Shown: positions 1-12,406, numbered from the whole stretch's first letter. The stretch is DNA of 61,509 nucleotides, filler included, from Globobulimina sp. (GCA_003354225.1; 13 parts of 13 records of this genome joined end to end with filler, not necessarily neighbours in it); one strand, 5' to 3'. Notes: generated by a model from the sequence alone, not told the origin. Numbers and translations are program-made.

Positions 1-53
1 AAAAGGAGGACTCAAAAAAGCGTATAAAACGCTACAAACGACAACAGGAGACT

Positions 54-2978
54 ATGCTGAGAGTATCTGCGGATTTATCAAGTGGTTTTGACGAGTTTAT
101 GGACACAAAACAGTCAAAAACAGAAATAACATTTGCAGATCAAACAGATCTGATGGCCATGAGTGCTGAGTCCATACTGACCACCAAAATGTCATTACGC
201 ACACCAAAAACGCCCCACATTCCAAGTGAAATACCGTCGCCAATGTCCGGCAACTTCGCCAAGAGGAAATCCGTGGCGCTGTCCAGATATCAGGCGGATG
301 AGTCAGAGTCTGATAGCAGCAACGCAGAGTTTGATGACGATGAGGATGATAATAAGGATGCTTCTGACGAGGATGCGACGGATATACGCATTCATGATCC
401 ATTTATCCATCGTAACTTAATGGAGGAGTTAGGAGAAGTGATCCATGCCTTTAATATGATAAAATATGGAGCGTATATGGCGAAGTTTATTATCAATGAG
501 ATTAAAGAGTTTCAAATGGAGGAATTATGGGATGCTTTGTTGGTGGTTATGGAGGCTATTCCATTCCCAATGGGTTTGGACATTTTACACAGTCAGATGC
601 CGCATTTACGACGTTCGAAACCGGAGCAATTATTTAAAGTATGTCGGGAGATGGTGGAAGGGACAAATTTCGGGGTGGCGGCAGCGTTGCGTATGGCGGA
701 TTATTTTGAGACTATCAGCAAATCGGATAACTTCCAGGGGTCTGCGTGGAAGGAAAAGTCTGTGAAGTTTGAAGAAATGGCGCATACTTTAATCAATTCC
801 ATCGAATCGGATCATTTGTTGTATATATTATTAACTATACCGCTGTACGATACATCTGAGTCAATGTCGATTTTGTCTCTAGCATTGGAACAAAAGCGGG
901 TATCCTTTTTAAATAACGATCGTATTTTGGGGGTTATGAGACATGTTTGGTACCATTCGGCGGCTATTTCTGTGGAGGACGAGATCGATACTCGCGAATT
1001 TGAGTGGGGTCAATCTTTACAGATATTATTTTTCCAGCCGTTCAAGTTTTATATGAGCCCAGTCGGCTTCAATTGGACCATTGCTACGCTGTATCTGTTG
1101 TACTTAGTATTTGTAGTGTTGTACTCTTATTTTATTGTGAAGGGAAAGGATGAATTCTATATTGATATTATTTTTTGGTTATTCAATGCTGGCTTTGTAA
1201 CGTATGAAGTGTCTGAGTTTTCGGATAAAGGGCGGCAATATTTCAGTGTGACGGGCATTATGAATGTGTGGGACATCATGATCTCTATTGTGTGGATGGC
1301 GCTGTTTGCATTGTATGTGCTGGGCAGACTGACAATGAATGTGTCTGACAATGACATACAAGATCCAACAAATAGCACGGCAATGTTTTCAACGACAGAG
1401 TTTGAAGAAGAACACCTGGACTTTGCCGAGAGTTTTAATCCGTCATTGCGTGAATTATATGCTTTTCTGTGGGCGATTCAATTATTTTTATTATCCACTC
1501 GCTTTTTGACACTGTTTCAAAACACAGAATATTTGGGCTCAATGCTAACAATCGTACAGCGAATGTTTGCTGAAATCGTCAAGTTTTTATCGGTGGCCTG
1601 CGTGGTGGTCGCCGCCTATACGGTTGGTTTTTATTTTATATTTGGATTTAACCGCGTTAATATCATTGGGGAGGAAGGCGATGACGCTCAGGATTTTTGG
1701 CCGACAGTTTTATTCACATTTGATGAGTTTATAGGTGGCGGCACTTCTGGTTATCACGAAAATACTGTGGTCCCTTTATTTGCGATGGTCGTCACAATCA
1801 TTGGCTTTCTCATCCTGACCAACCTCTTAATTGTATGCCGTATATATATATTCTGACAATCTGATCTGATCTGATCTGAACCGCTCTTGTTGTACTTGTC
1901 TATGTAGGCATTAATGAGCACAGAATATGAGAATTTCCAAGAATATGCGCACTTGGAAGTCTCTTATATGTGGACAGAAACTGTCTATGATTTGTCGCAC
2001 CGCGACCGCTTAATGCCGCCGCCACTTAACTTGCTTGTGTATGCCGTCGGCATCGTGACACATATTTTAGTGTGGCCCTTTGCTGTTTGCTGCCCGACCA
2101 CCAAACTCAATTTGTACACTTCCTTCAACCACAACACCTATATCTGGTTAGACTCCTTTTATTGTGGCTGTAACGGCGCAGTCAAACACGAAATAATGAG
2201 CAAAAGCGAGTACTCGCCGTCGGACCAAGACGACAAAAAAAATAAAAAAATCTTGCAACAGCAAGCCAAGAAAATATACTCGGATCGATTCAACACTTTT
2301 CTATCGTTTTCGGGTTGGATGATGTTCCGGAATTGTTTTATCGTCTCATGTATAAAAAAGTGTTTCTGTCCTTGTAAATGCGTGGATGAATGTGGTGTGC
2401 CGAGTGGCCGCAAAAAAGGAGAGAAGGGCTGCTGCAATGGAGTCAAACGGACGTATCGCAAATGTTGCTGTAACGACAAAGATGACACCGAAGCTTCCTC
2501 ATTGACGGCATACCACAAAGGATGTTATAACTGCATCAAACTGCGCGTCAAAGACAATGTGACCGAACTGGACACGACTACCATTCGTGGGATTTCTATG
2601 AAACAATATATTGAAAGGTTTGAGGATAAACGGAAAACAAAATTGCATAAAGAAGATAAAATTTTGCTGAAGCATTTGACGGTGGACACTTTATTTTGTA
2701 ATCAGTGCTATCAGCCCTATTTGGAAAAAGATGTAAATGAGGTTTTATTGGCGCCTTTTCGGGTTTTATTGGATTTTATTTCGTGTTTTGTCTTTGTTGC
2801 CGCTGCGTGGCTGCCGTTAGTTATATTCTTCTCTGTGATGTCTGCGATGGAATATTGCAAGAAAAGAACTTCGGAGGGCATACATTCCAAAACGGCCACA
2901 ACGGGAACTAATGAATATGACTCATTTGACAGAGAATATTTTCCGCTTCCACTCAACCAAATTATTGACGTTAAATGA
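54..2978 (+). CDS. TRP-family cation channel (two exons; intron 1833-1907)
   Basis: Six hydrophobic segments. Removing GT..AG 1833-1907 joins the ORFs in frame to give 'NLLI|ALMSTEYENFQE...W...LMPPPLNLL', the S6/TRP-box signature. Cys-rich C-terminal tail. Confidence 0.85.
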
Positions 2979-3057
2979 CAGTAATTATTTCTTGTACATG
3001 TGTTTATATTTTTTTCTTTCTCTTGCTATGTTAACGTTTTTTGTGTAATTTGTAAAG

Positions 3058-4133
3058 ATGGCTGACATCCAAACTGTTTTGACACATTCCGCTCCGTTAT
3101 GGAATTTGCCGGCTCACAACGCCCGATGCTTGGAAGCAATGTTGTATCTCGAGATGGCATCCATTAAATACCAGCGCAGGATATCCAAATATAATGTCAA
3201 TTATTTTGTGTCTGAACTGGAATTGCCAGTGTTGCGCCATAATTGTGAGACCACCAGAACTGTCATTGAGTTTTGTGAAGGCATTGGCAATGAAAAAACA
3301 CACATTGTTGGCAAAAATCACGGAATAAATTGCCATTTGCAATTCAGACAACAAGCCGATGTGTCCGCATTGCAGTCGCTTATCAAAGACAGATTGCATC
3401 TCGTTTATGTTAAGTAGATTTTATTTAATTGTATTCTTTCACACTGAAATTTCCATTAATTTCTCCATCCTTCAATCAGTTGCATCAATTATATGCAAAT
3501 CAAGCCAATTGGACCGAATATTGTAGCGCTATGCGGCATTATTTGCCATTTGTATTAAGACGCTTTTTATTGAATAAAGAACGCGAATATGCCTTAAAAA
3601 GGTTGACAAGAAATAATATTATTACTGCTAAACAGGCAAAGGAGCTATTAATTGATTGTTTGCATGTGATATTTATGAAAATGAGTGATGGCAAAAATAA
3701 TATTAATCACATCATTGAGATCAATAAAAATGATCCATCCGCGAGGGTGCAATATTTTTTTGGTGCACATTCACAGCCAACGTCGTTGGACGCTTGTCTT
3801 GTTTCGGAAATTGTATTATTAGAATGTTGCCAATTGCCGCATAAATATTTGAATGATATCAAGGATGATCCAAAAATACAGCATTTATTAAAATATTCCA
3901 AACGTATTATGGACCATTATCATGAATCAATAATTTCAAAGTTAACGCCGCAAAATGAAATAGCACCGATAGATATATTAAAGCGACCAAAGCAATTCAA
4001 TAAAACAAATGAGAGTGATCCTACCTTTTATAATAAATTGATAGATACGCAAGAAAAGCAAAATTCAGTGATATTTCTTGTTGGCTCTGTCACTGCGTTT
4101 GTTTTGTATTGGCGGTTTTTTCAACCACACTAA
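3058..4133 (+). CDS. Metaxin-like (Sam37/Sam35, GST-fold) mitochondrial outer-membrane protein; intron about 3409-3479
   Basis: 'WNLP..NARCLEAMLYL', 'ELPVL', 'YFFG..QPTSLDACL' and a C-terminal TM tail. GTTAAG..CAG 3409-3479 joins the two ORFs in frame. Confidence 0.7.
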
Positions 4134-4646
4134 AACTGACAAAGTTTCATTTTTTAAATTTAAAGTTTTTTTAACCATAAATAGCTTAAATCATATGCAT
4201 GTCTTCTGTGCTGCAGCTAATGTGGATAAAATTAAACAACTTGGCCGATGATGAAACTTTGCGTGCATTCCCCATCGGGAATTCATTTGGAATTTTTGGT
4301 TACCATTCATTCAAAAAATTTGAACCTAAATTCCTAAAACAAACAGATTTATAAATTATAAGTTAAATTACCTAATGGTTGGTACTTATAATCGATTCAT
4401 TTATCATTCATTATTCGATGCTGACAATAAAATACTGTATGTAGCTGAGACTGCAATTTCTTTGCCAGAACATTATAACTTCCATGCGATTGATTTAAAA
4501 AATGAAATATAAAAGATATTGTTTGCAATTGACATCACGGGAACAAAAAGAAAATATAATAATCGCTGTGGCAAATGATGCCATCTCCATAGGTAATGAT
4601 ATTGGAAATATATTCCATATATGTTTGATCATACAATATGATATAA

Positions 4647-4746
4647 NNNNNNNNNNNNNNNNNNNNNNNNNNNNNNNNNNNNNNNNNNNNTTAATTAATT
4701 AANNNNNNNNNNNNNNNNNNNNNNNNNNNNNNNNNNNNNNNNNNNN
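4647..4746. other. Artificial contig spacer (N44-TTAATTAATTAA-N44), first of 12
   Basis: The same 100-nt linker with stops in all frames recurs at 9393-9492, 14135-14234, 18876-18975, 23617-23716, 28358-28457, 33098-33197, 37836-37935, 42573-42672, 47309-47408, 52043-52142 and 56777-56876. Confidence 0.99.
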
Positions 4747-5156
4747 TTGTTACTGGTTAAAAAGCATACATTTATGTACCAAAATAGTGACAGCCACACT
4801 TTAAACCACAACTTTTCGACTAAATGTTCCGTATCGATGCCTATCAGATTCCGACCATACACAATTGGCGCGAATAAATAGGCAGTTAATAAACACCAAT
4901 GATACGGAATAAAAAAGAAAATGAGTGATATTGGATAACTAATCACTACGAAATAAGTCACCATGACCAATCCACATATTATACCATCAATTTGCGTTTC
5001 ACCTCCGCTGCCTTTAGCTGCTATAAAACAAATTGGAACTAATGGTAAGAGCGGGACAGAAGGACAAATGTATGGTGTGATGATGCATAAAAATACACCA
5101 CATCCACATAAAATGCCTATGCGGTGCGACATGAATGATAGGACAGCCACACTCAT
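4747..5156 (-). CDS. Hydrophobic multi-TM hypothetical protein, truncated at contig end
   Basis: ATG-initiated ORF with about four hydrophobic stretches running into the spacer. Confidence 0.45.
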
Positions 5157-5242
5157 TTCGACGATATATTCAGATAGATACCAACGAATAATCTAAGTGG
5201 AACTCAAGTACATGTTTTTTATAGGAAAAAGTTTTTTATACA

Positions 5243-6814
5243 ATGGCAACTGTGTTGAAATCAAGTTTCCAGAAGTCACAAATAACGGATTGCATACAAA
5301 ATGCAAACTGTTTTGAAGACCTGATTTCTGTGTCAAATGAATTGTTGACTTTGCAAGAATTAAAGTATTTACTATTTAAAAAATTAGATGCAAATGACAA
5401 TGATCCGAACGGACAACAAATAGATTTAGCATTAAATAGGTTATATTTTAAAGTTGTAGCACTTGATATATTATTTAGTGACGATATTTTATGTTCAATT
5501 ATCCAATATTTGTCATCCAACTCAATGTACAATAAATTATTTCGAATTAACAAACGTTTTAATGAATTGATGAAATCCTATCCTTTGTTATATCTTCAAT
5601 ACACCACAAAATTAAAATTTTGCAGCAAATTAGACACTTTATATTTCAATGTTAATCATTCTAAAAAATGTGTCAATATATCACATTTCATGGAAAATAG
5701 ACATTTTTTTGCTGTTACAAATGTGGAGGAAATAAGCTCAAAATATCCATTTGTTTGGTTTTCAGCTAAGAAACTAACCATAATTCCGACAACAATTTTT
5801 GCAGCAAAACTGATTACAGACACTAAAAACGACGGAGTTGCACAGATATTGAAAAAGATCATATCCTCCGCGAAATCCTTACGAATTGACGACGAATTTG
5901 AGGATGGCAATAGCGATAAAACCTGGATTGATTGGATATCATTGAACAGATTATATCATATCCACTCAATCTCCAACGATTTAATTTGTTCAAATTTATT
6001 ACATTCAAAACTAAAATATTTAGACTTGACTGGAAACAAAAGCAATGGTCCAAATATCTTAAAAAATGGCTTTGTGCAATTAAGCAGTTTGTTGGTATTG
6101 AAAATTGACATTAAGAGTTCGTTTGGAATGAATAGCAATAAATATTCAATCATTTCATTCCCCGAAAATATCGAATTTCTGCAAATTGAGAATTTCAATT
6201 ATTATTCAACTCATTACACATTAAATTTATCCAAATGCAAAAATATTATTGCTATTAATTTCAAACAATTAAAAAACACAAAATATACACTAACCATTGA
6301 CACAAATCCTTGGACCATAAACCTATATAATAACGAATTGAATAAATATCCGAATAATAACAACGTTTATGAATTATTATCATTATCAAAATGTGTCGAA
6401 TGGCCGTTATGCAATTATTGTGTCGGATGTTTATTATTTGATAATTCAACGTATGCTCAATCTATACAATCATTGTATAAATATTTTGATTCATTTAAAG
6501 TGCAAATAAATGCTGAATCCAACACTAACAAAATTAATGTGAAATATATTCGATATGTGTGTCAAGATTTATTTATGTCGAATGCTAATGAATATTCAAT
6601 TGATATTATTTCAGAAAACAATAAAAAAAATCATAAAAATGTAAGATGTGTGGTGTTGGATGGCAATCAAAATGATGGATTGTTGTGGAAATTATTATTA
6701 TTGGATAAGTATAAAAAATGTAAAGATAAACAATGGATTAAAGAGAGAGTATCAATGTATAATGAATGGTTTGATGCTGATGTTGCGAAATGGATTTATC
6801 ATTTGGGAGTTTGA
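5243..6814 (+). CDS. Hypothetical protein with F-box-like motif and degenerate LRR-like region
   Basis: 523-aa ORF. 'LFSDDILCSIIQYL...LFRINKRFNELM' resembles an F-box, followed by 'KLKYLDLTGN' and 'LSSLLVLKID' LRR-like strands. Confidence 0.5.
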   Translation: MATVLKSSFQKSQITDCIQNANCFEDLISVSNELLTLQELKYLLFKKLDANDNDPNGQQIDLALNRLYFKVVALDILFSDDILCSIIQYLSSNSMYNKLFRINKRFNELMKSYPLLYLQYTTKLKFCSKLDTLYFNVNHSKKCVNISHFMENRHFFAVTNVEEISSKYPFVWFSAKKLTIIPTTIFAAKLITDTKNDGVAQILKKIISSAKSLRIDDEFEDGNSDKTWIDWISLNRLYHIHSISNDLICSNLLHSKLKYLDLTGNKSNGPNILKNGFVQLSSLLVLKIDIKSSFGMNSNKYSIISFPENIEFLQIENFNYYSTHYTLNLSKCKNIIAINFKQLKNTKYTLTIDTNPWTINLYNNELNKYPNNNNVYELLSLSKCVEWPLCNYCVGCLLFDNSTYAQSIQSLYKYFDSFKVQINAESNTNKINVKYIRYVCQDLFMSNANEYSIDIISENNKKNHKNVRCVVLDGNQNDGLLWKLLLLDKYKKCKDKQWIKERVSMYNEWFDADVAKWIYHLGV

Positions 6815-6951
6815 CTTTTATTTTCTAATCTTGTATATTATAGTCACTTTTTTTATTTTTTTCTATTTTTTTTATTACTATTTTTTTATTAAAATTAATG
6901 TTTGCTATATACATTCAACTTGGCTGTGAGAAATAAAAAATAATCGCCACT

Positions 6952-7086
6952 GTGAAGTATCTTGAAGCAGATCTGATAAAATTATATTACAGATATGTTA
7001 TATCACCAAACCAAATTCCATGCGATGATGCATTATTTGGTGATCCCTGGCCTGGCAACGAGAAAATGAATTGTTATATCACCTAA
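6952..7086 (+). pseudogene. Relic of a 'C-x4-FGDP-x-PG-x2-K-x-C' lectin-like module
   Basis: Translates 'VKYLEADLIKLYYRYVISPNQIPCDDALFGDPWPGNEKMNCYIT*' with no ATG or upstream exon visible. Confidence 0.3.
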
Positions 7087-7278
7087 CCTTGAGAGTCGAT
7101 TCCAAATGGCAACCAATCATAATTTCATATAAAGGATAGAATTTTGTGACTGATATATAGAGAAAAAGACCAATGAAGTCTGTTTGAATAATTTGCTGTA
7201 AATTAATTAGTGAAAAACATAAGTTCATACTAAGAAATAAGAACCACTCAAAAATAGAAAGAAAGAATAATTAATTGT

Positions 7279-8367
7279 TTATTGCAACAGTTTGCGGAAA
7301 TTCTTTGCCGAAAATGATATCGGTCTTTTACTAATATTATTTTTAGCATTTTTAGCATTAACTTTATTAATTTCATTTTGAGCGAATAAATCATGACAAA
7401 AATCTTTTTCTTTCGCTCTTTTGCTACATCCAAAAAATGGGCATTTAATGTTTCTTTTTTTACGTTTTTTTTGTTGCTTTAAATAATTAATAATATTATT
7501 CTTTTCAAATGAATGTCCACAAATCTTTGACTTCCATGGAAATATCATCACTTTCATTGATAATGGGCATTTTATAGAAATTGCACATTGAATCTCATCA
7601 ATATTAATATCAAATATATGCTCATTTTTATCATTCTCATTCATTAATATTTCAACATAATTCTCATCGCTATCTTCATCATTTTTATTTTTATTTTTAT
7701 TTGCAATTTTAATTTGATTTTCAATTTGATTTCTATTTTTATTTTGGAATTGTATGGGAATTGGTTTTCGCGTTGAAAATCTCGTTGGTGGTGTTTTATT
7801 TTTATTTAATTGTCGATATTTTGATTTTAATGCAGAAACTGATCGATTTTCAAATTTCAGTGATATATTATTCCAATTTACAGCGGGTACACAAAGTTTG
7901 GATACTTTTGTATTTTCTACACGTACTAATTTAATTAATTTAGATTGTTCCGCCGCAGTCCATCGTATTCCCTTTGATTTCTTCATTTTATTTTTTGATT
8001 TTGATATTTTTTTAATTTTTTCTGTTGTAACTGACTGTTGATTCTGTCCATAACTGTATCTTTTCTTAAACTCATTTTTCTTTATTTTCTTTTGTTTGAA
8101 GGCGAATGAAGAAATTCTTCGTTTCTTTTCCAATTCGGAATGAATGCGATGTCGCAGCATTACCCAATGACCGAATGGAATTTCTGGCAATGATTCGGTC
8201 CGCTTTCCATCAATGATAAATTGCATAGTTTCAAGACAATCAACACCATTTTGAAGCAAATACTGGTAATATTCATTTGGATATTTTAATCTTTGTATTG
8301 CATCTTGCAATTCACTGAAAATTGGCTCAGGAGGACATGGCGAATATGTCAAATCTATAACATTCAT
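7279..8367 (-). CDS. SAM-like + Myb/SANT + SP-RING (Nse2/MMS21-like) protein, putative SUMO E3 ligase
   Basis: SAM-like 'YYQYLLQNGVDCLE...IPFGH', Myb 'RWTAAEQSKLIKLV...WNNISLKFENRSVSALKSKYRQL', and SP-RING 'ISIKCPLSMKVMIFPWKSKICGHSFEK...KCPFFGC'. Confidence 0.75.
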   Translation of the reverse strand: MNVIDLTYSPCPPEPIFSELQDAIQRLKYPNEYYQYLLQNGVDCLETMQFIIDGKRTESLPEIPFGHWVMLRHRIHSELEKKRRISSFAFKQKKIKKNEFKKRYSYGQNQQSVTTEKIKKISKSKNKMKKSKGIRWTAAEQSKLIKLVRVENTKVSKLCVPAVNWNNISLKFENRSVSALKSKYRQLNKNKTPPTRFSTRKPIPIQFQNKNRNQIENQIKIANKNKNKNDEDSDENYVEILMNENDKNEHIFDINIDEIQCAISIKCPLSMKVMIFPWKSKICGHSFEKNNIINYLKQQKKRKKRNIKCPFFGCSKRAKEKDFCHDLFAQNEINKVNAKNAKNNISKRPISFSAKNFRKLLQ

Positions 8368-8519
8368 ATTTAATTATTCTGTTGGTAGTCAATGAGAGAA
8401 TAATGATTACGACTGGAGTTAGCAAAATGTTTTTGAAAACATCAAGGTGCTTTTTTAAATTTTAAATACAGTTTCACGCACATTACAAATAATATTAATA
8501 AAATGTTGGTGGACAATAA

Positions 8520-9060
8520 AATGTCCGCATCGATGTGGAGAGTGGCCGCCAGTACGAAGAGCTGACGACGGCCGACGGCGGCATCAAAGTGTTCGCGTCG
8601 ATGGCGCCCAACAACCAAATGGGCGTCGGTCCCACGGGCATGGCTGTGATGAATGAGAATAATAAGAATAAGGAAGCGGCGGAGAAAGCGTTTGTGGCTC
8701 AGACCAAGAAGGACGACGAGATAATGTCCAGTATCTTGGGGGTGGAACGCGACAACGCCGAGTATTTCGATAATAATAATGATGGCTCTTCGTGGTTGGC
8801 CTTGTATGACGTGAACGGCTTCGATGAGACTGACCGCCAGATTCAGCTGATTGAGATGCGCAACATCTATGGCGTCAAGACCCTGCAAACCTGGTTGCAT
8901 ACCGGCAAGAATGTGTCGATTGTGGAGTCTTCGCTGAATAAGTTGTTGTCGGCGCTGCTGCCGTGGTTGGCGGACCTCATCAACACAGAAACGCTGCTGT
9001 CCGACAAGCAGCGCTATGAACAGACGTATCAGATCCTGCAGTTGTTGAAGTTTTGCAGCA
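8520..9060 (+). CDS. GC-richer coding fragment of unknown protein (no proper start)
   Basis: Abrupt compositional shift near 8520. The frame is open from 8520, with an in-frame TAA immediately upstream. Confidence 0.4.
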
Positions 9061-9392
9061 AATTCAAGACTTTGCGCGGCGAAACCTGGGGCCGAATTGA
9101 TGTTCTTGTAAAAGAAATGGATACATATGCCACAACCTGGTCTGGTGAGAAAGCAACAGAATGGGTGCGTTTCAAAGAAGTGTTAGGTCAGTTCCAAGCG
9201 GCTCAAAAATCAGTTGAAAATACAGCAAACACTGCCGCTCAACGCCCAGACATTGCACTCTTAGACGGCAAAGGAAAACCGCTTGCGAAAAAACAGGCAA
9301 ATACTTTTGCTGAGCTACTGTTGTCTACTGATAATTCCAGCCTAACAACTTTCGAGCATCGCAAACTACTCGGCGAAATTGCGGAAGCCGAA
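9061..9392 (+). CDS. Probable bacterial methyl-accepting chemotaxis protein fragment (HBM-type helical sensor domain)
   Basis: 'KFKTLRGETWGRID..KEMD....W....W..FKEVLGQFQAAQKSVE.TANT...P..LL...P.A...RKLLG.IAE' matches my recalled pattern for HBM sensor domains of proteobacterial MCPs. Confidence 0.55.
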
Positions 9393-9492
9393 NNNNNNNN
9401 NNNNNNNNNNNNNNNNNNNNNNNNNNNNNNNNNNNNTTAATTAATTAANNNNNNNNNNNNNNNNNNNNNNNNNNNNNNNNNNNNNNNNNNNN

Positions 9493-9876
9493 GCGAATAA
9501 TTCTTTTTTTTTCGTCTTTTTGATCCGTTGATAATTGTTCCTCTGATCTGCGGCTTAGTTCTTTCAATCGTTTTAGCCGTCTGTCCGTAATTGCTTTTGC
9601 GTCATTCCTCGTCACTGAATTCTGCAATGTATCGGCCACCATCGGTACCGCCAAAGGCGTAGTGCTTAATCCACGGCAATATGATAAATGCAAATCATTT
9701 GAACTCTCTTTCTCTTCTATAACTATATTTTCTTCGTCTTTTTCGTTTTTCCGATTCTGAATTATTTTTGTTTCAAATTCCAACTTTAATGATGGTGGTA
9801 ATTCTTCCTTTGTGTGGTTATTGTTATTGTTGTTATTATTATTATTGAAACAACCGTTATTTGACATATTATTCAA
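9493..9876 (-). CDS. Low-complexity hypothetical protein, truncated at contig end
   Basis: ATG ORF with a poly-N tract running into the spacer. Confidence 0.4.
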
Positions 9877-10020
9877 ATGAAATTAAATTATCAAAAACAC
9901 GCAATCTATCTTGTTGTGGGTCCTATCTTTCGATTACTTATATTTCGATGATCGGAGTTTAAGGATGGTTAACTTTACAGAAAAGATCTTGTGTTAAAAA
10001 ATTAAGCAAAAAAACACATC

Positions 10021-11257
10021 ATGCTCGGCATGTCCTCCTTAGTTTTGTGGTTGGCAGTACACACATATTTGGTGCAAAGTATGTGCGACGTACATTATTT
10101 AATACCTTCACACTCATTAAATGTATCAAATACGTGTAGGTGATCCAAAAATAGTTGGTAAGAAATACAAAGGAGATGAACTCAAATCGATTGGTATCGA
10201 ATTTATCGATGTAAGTGGTGATTTGAATAAATTTGTCGAATTTGAAGTGGAAGTATTGGCGGATTCGTTTGGTTTTTTAGAAGGACCAGTATTCATTAAT
10301 GATTATCTATTATTTACTGAATATAAAAAGGAAAATATCTGGAAATATGATATTAGCGCAAATACCCTCGAATTGTGGCATAATTGGGGTGACGAAGTTG
10401 GCGGTGGTTGTTGTGGCATTGCGTGGACTCAGTCGTATCCCGACGAGATATGGTTGGCGTGTATGAGTGCGAAAAAAGTATTGCATGTTAACTTAACGAC
10501 ACATCATATCATTGATACCTATGATCATCACTCGTATCATATTGAGAGAGAGGAACAGTTCCAACCCAATGACATTGTGGTGGATGATGATGGAAATGTA
10601 TATTTTACGGATATGCCATTGGACAGAAGCGATGAAGAAGGAGCTCGAGGCGGAGTGTATCACATTGACAGGGACACAAAGCAAATGACATTGATACAAT
10701 TGATGGGCTGTGGACCAAATGGCATTGCATTGAATAATGATCAATCAATGATTGTTGCTGCCAATATGATTGATGTAGCCATTGAGGAATATGATTATAC
10801 CGATTATCAACAATTTAATTGGCAGAATACGTTTATTCGAGGATTTAGAGCAAAGAAAGATGCCCCAAATGGCTTTTTAGAGCAACCGTTTGATTATTTT
10901 TTAACGGATAAAGAACCGAATTATGGCTATATGTTACATGATAAATATGATATGTGTTTTGATAGCAATGCATTTGATAAATATGATAATTTATGGCAAG
11001 CCACTTATTTTAATTTATGTGAGAAATGCACTGAGAATGGTGGACAAATATCGATATTAAGGAATGATGGTAATACAGGTGATGATGTCGAATATATTGG
11101 GAGTATACGGGAAAGAAATGGTATTTATGCTGCAAGCAATTTAGAAATGGGTACTGATGGATATATGTATGTGACCGCTGGTAATTTCCTTCAAAATACA
11201 GGATCTTTGTTGAGATATAAAATTAAGGATATTTCGGATACAAAACAAGAATTGTAA
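10021..11257 (+). CDS. Secretory-pathway SMP-30/gluconolactonase-like beta-propeller; intron 10079-10139
   Basis: Exon 1 encodes the signal peptide MLGMSSLVLWLAVHTYLVQS. Motifs 'FLEGPVF', 'QPNDIVVDDDGNVYFTD' and 'GPNGIAL'. C-terminal KQEL is ER-retention-like. Confidence 0.85.
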
Positions 11258-11376
11258 ATGCAAAATAAAGTGACACGTTGACATGATGTAACAAAAAAAC
11301 ACATGACCATCATATATATTTATAGACGTTTTAATATTAATTATAAGGTTACTTTGGCTACTACTAACTTTTTATC

Positions 11377-12345
11377 ATGGTTGAACCATCAAAAACAGTT
11401 CGGTTATATGCACAATACATATCATCGATAATTGGAATTATTGTGATGTTGATTTTATTGTTCTATCATTCATATTCAACTTATTATGCGACAAAACGTA
11501 AAAAAAGAATTGACAAAATTAACAACAATACATTCAAGAAATTGTACAACAAATTATCATTACAATCTAGTTCTTTTTTGATGTTAAGTTGTGGCTGTTT
11601 CTATTGTATTTCTGGTTTCTCTGAGATTGTATTCACTGATTTTATATCGCAAAGTCGTACAACATGTTACACACATTTTCTTTTCATTATATGTTCCTAC
11701 GGAGCCTTCAAAATGTTTATGTACATTGCGTTAAGTCGGAGATTAGTGGAAGCGTTTGGTGACAGCACTTTTTTTGTAATCTGGCAATTATTTCTCATTT
11801 TTACATCCATTATGTTGATGATTTTATGTGCAATATTTATTAATTTGAGAGTGGAATTATCGAATCGGCCGCCATGCAATGTTACATTTAACAATCTATT
11901 TTTAATTGCTCTGGTTGCATATGACTTTATTGTCTGCGTTGTAAATCTCATTTTGTTCTTGAAACCACTGTGCTCAATGACAAATTCTATACGTTCTGAT
12001 GGCAGCAAAAATAAAAAATTTAAACGTAAATATAAAATATTAATCAAAAAAAATGCGGTTTTAGCAAGTTTATCGATTGTTACATCATTTATTATCTGGA
12101 TAATTCTTGGTTTTATCTCTGGCATAGCAATATTGTTGCAAGTCATTGATATTATTGTTACTTCTGCAGCAATTTTATTATTGTTCAGTAGAAACAGTTG
12201 GTTGTATAATTTATTTTGTTGTTGTTGCAATCTGAGTAAAAATAATGGACATGAATCGCAAGTTTGTCACCAGCCAGCTGTTGCTATGGATGATATGATG
12301 AAAGTTGACAGCAAAACTGCCACACCGCTCCCACTGACTGTGTAA
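11377..12345 (+). CDS. Seven-transmembrane GPCR-like protein
   Basis: About seven hydrophobic helices, Cys at the top of TM3 and in ECL2 ('PPC'), and a C-terminal 'LFCCCC' cluster. Confidence 0.65.
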   Translation: MVEPSKTVRLYAQYISSIIGIIVMLILLFYHSYSTYYATKRKKRIDKINNNTFKKLYNKLSLQSSSFLMLSCGCFYCISGFSEIVFTDFISQSRTTCYTHFLFIICSYGAFKMFMYIALSRRLVEAFGDSTFFVIWQLFLIFTSIMLMILCAIFINLRVELSNRPPCNVTFNNLFLIALVAYDFIVCVVNLILFLKPLCSMTNSIRSDGSKNKKFKRKYKILIKKNAVLASLSIVTSFIIWIILGFISGIAILLQVIDIIVTSAAILLLFSRNSWLYNLFCCCCNLSKNNGHESQVCHQPAVAMDDMMKVDSKTATPLPLTV

Positions 12346-12406
12346 ACATTTTTTGTAGCGTAAGAAATTCAGAATCATTTCCAAGCAGTAACTATAGTAG
12401 AAACAT

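Noticed and set aside
1859-1880. (CTGAT)n microsatellite
   Set aside because: Short intronic repeat with no evident function.
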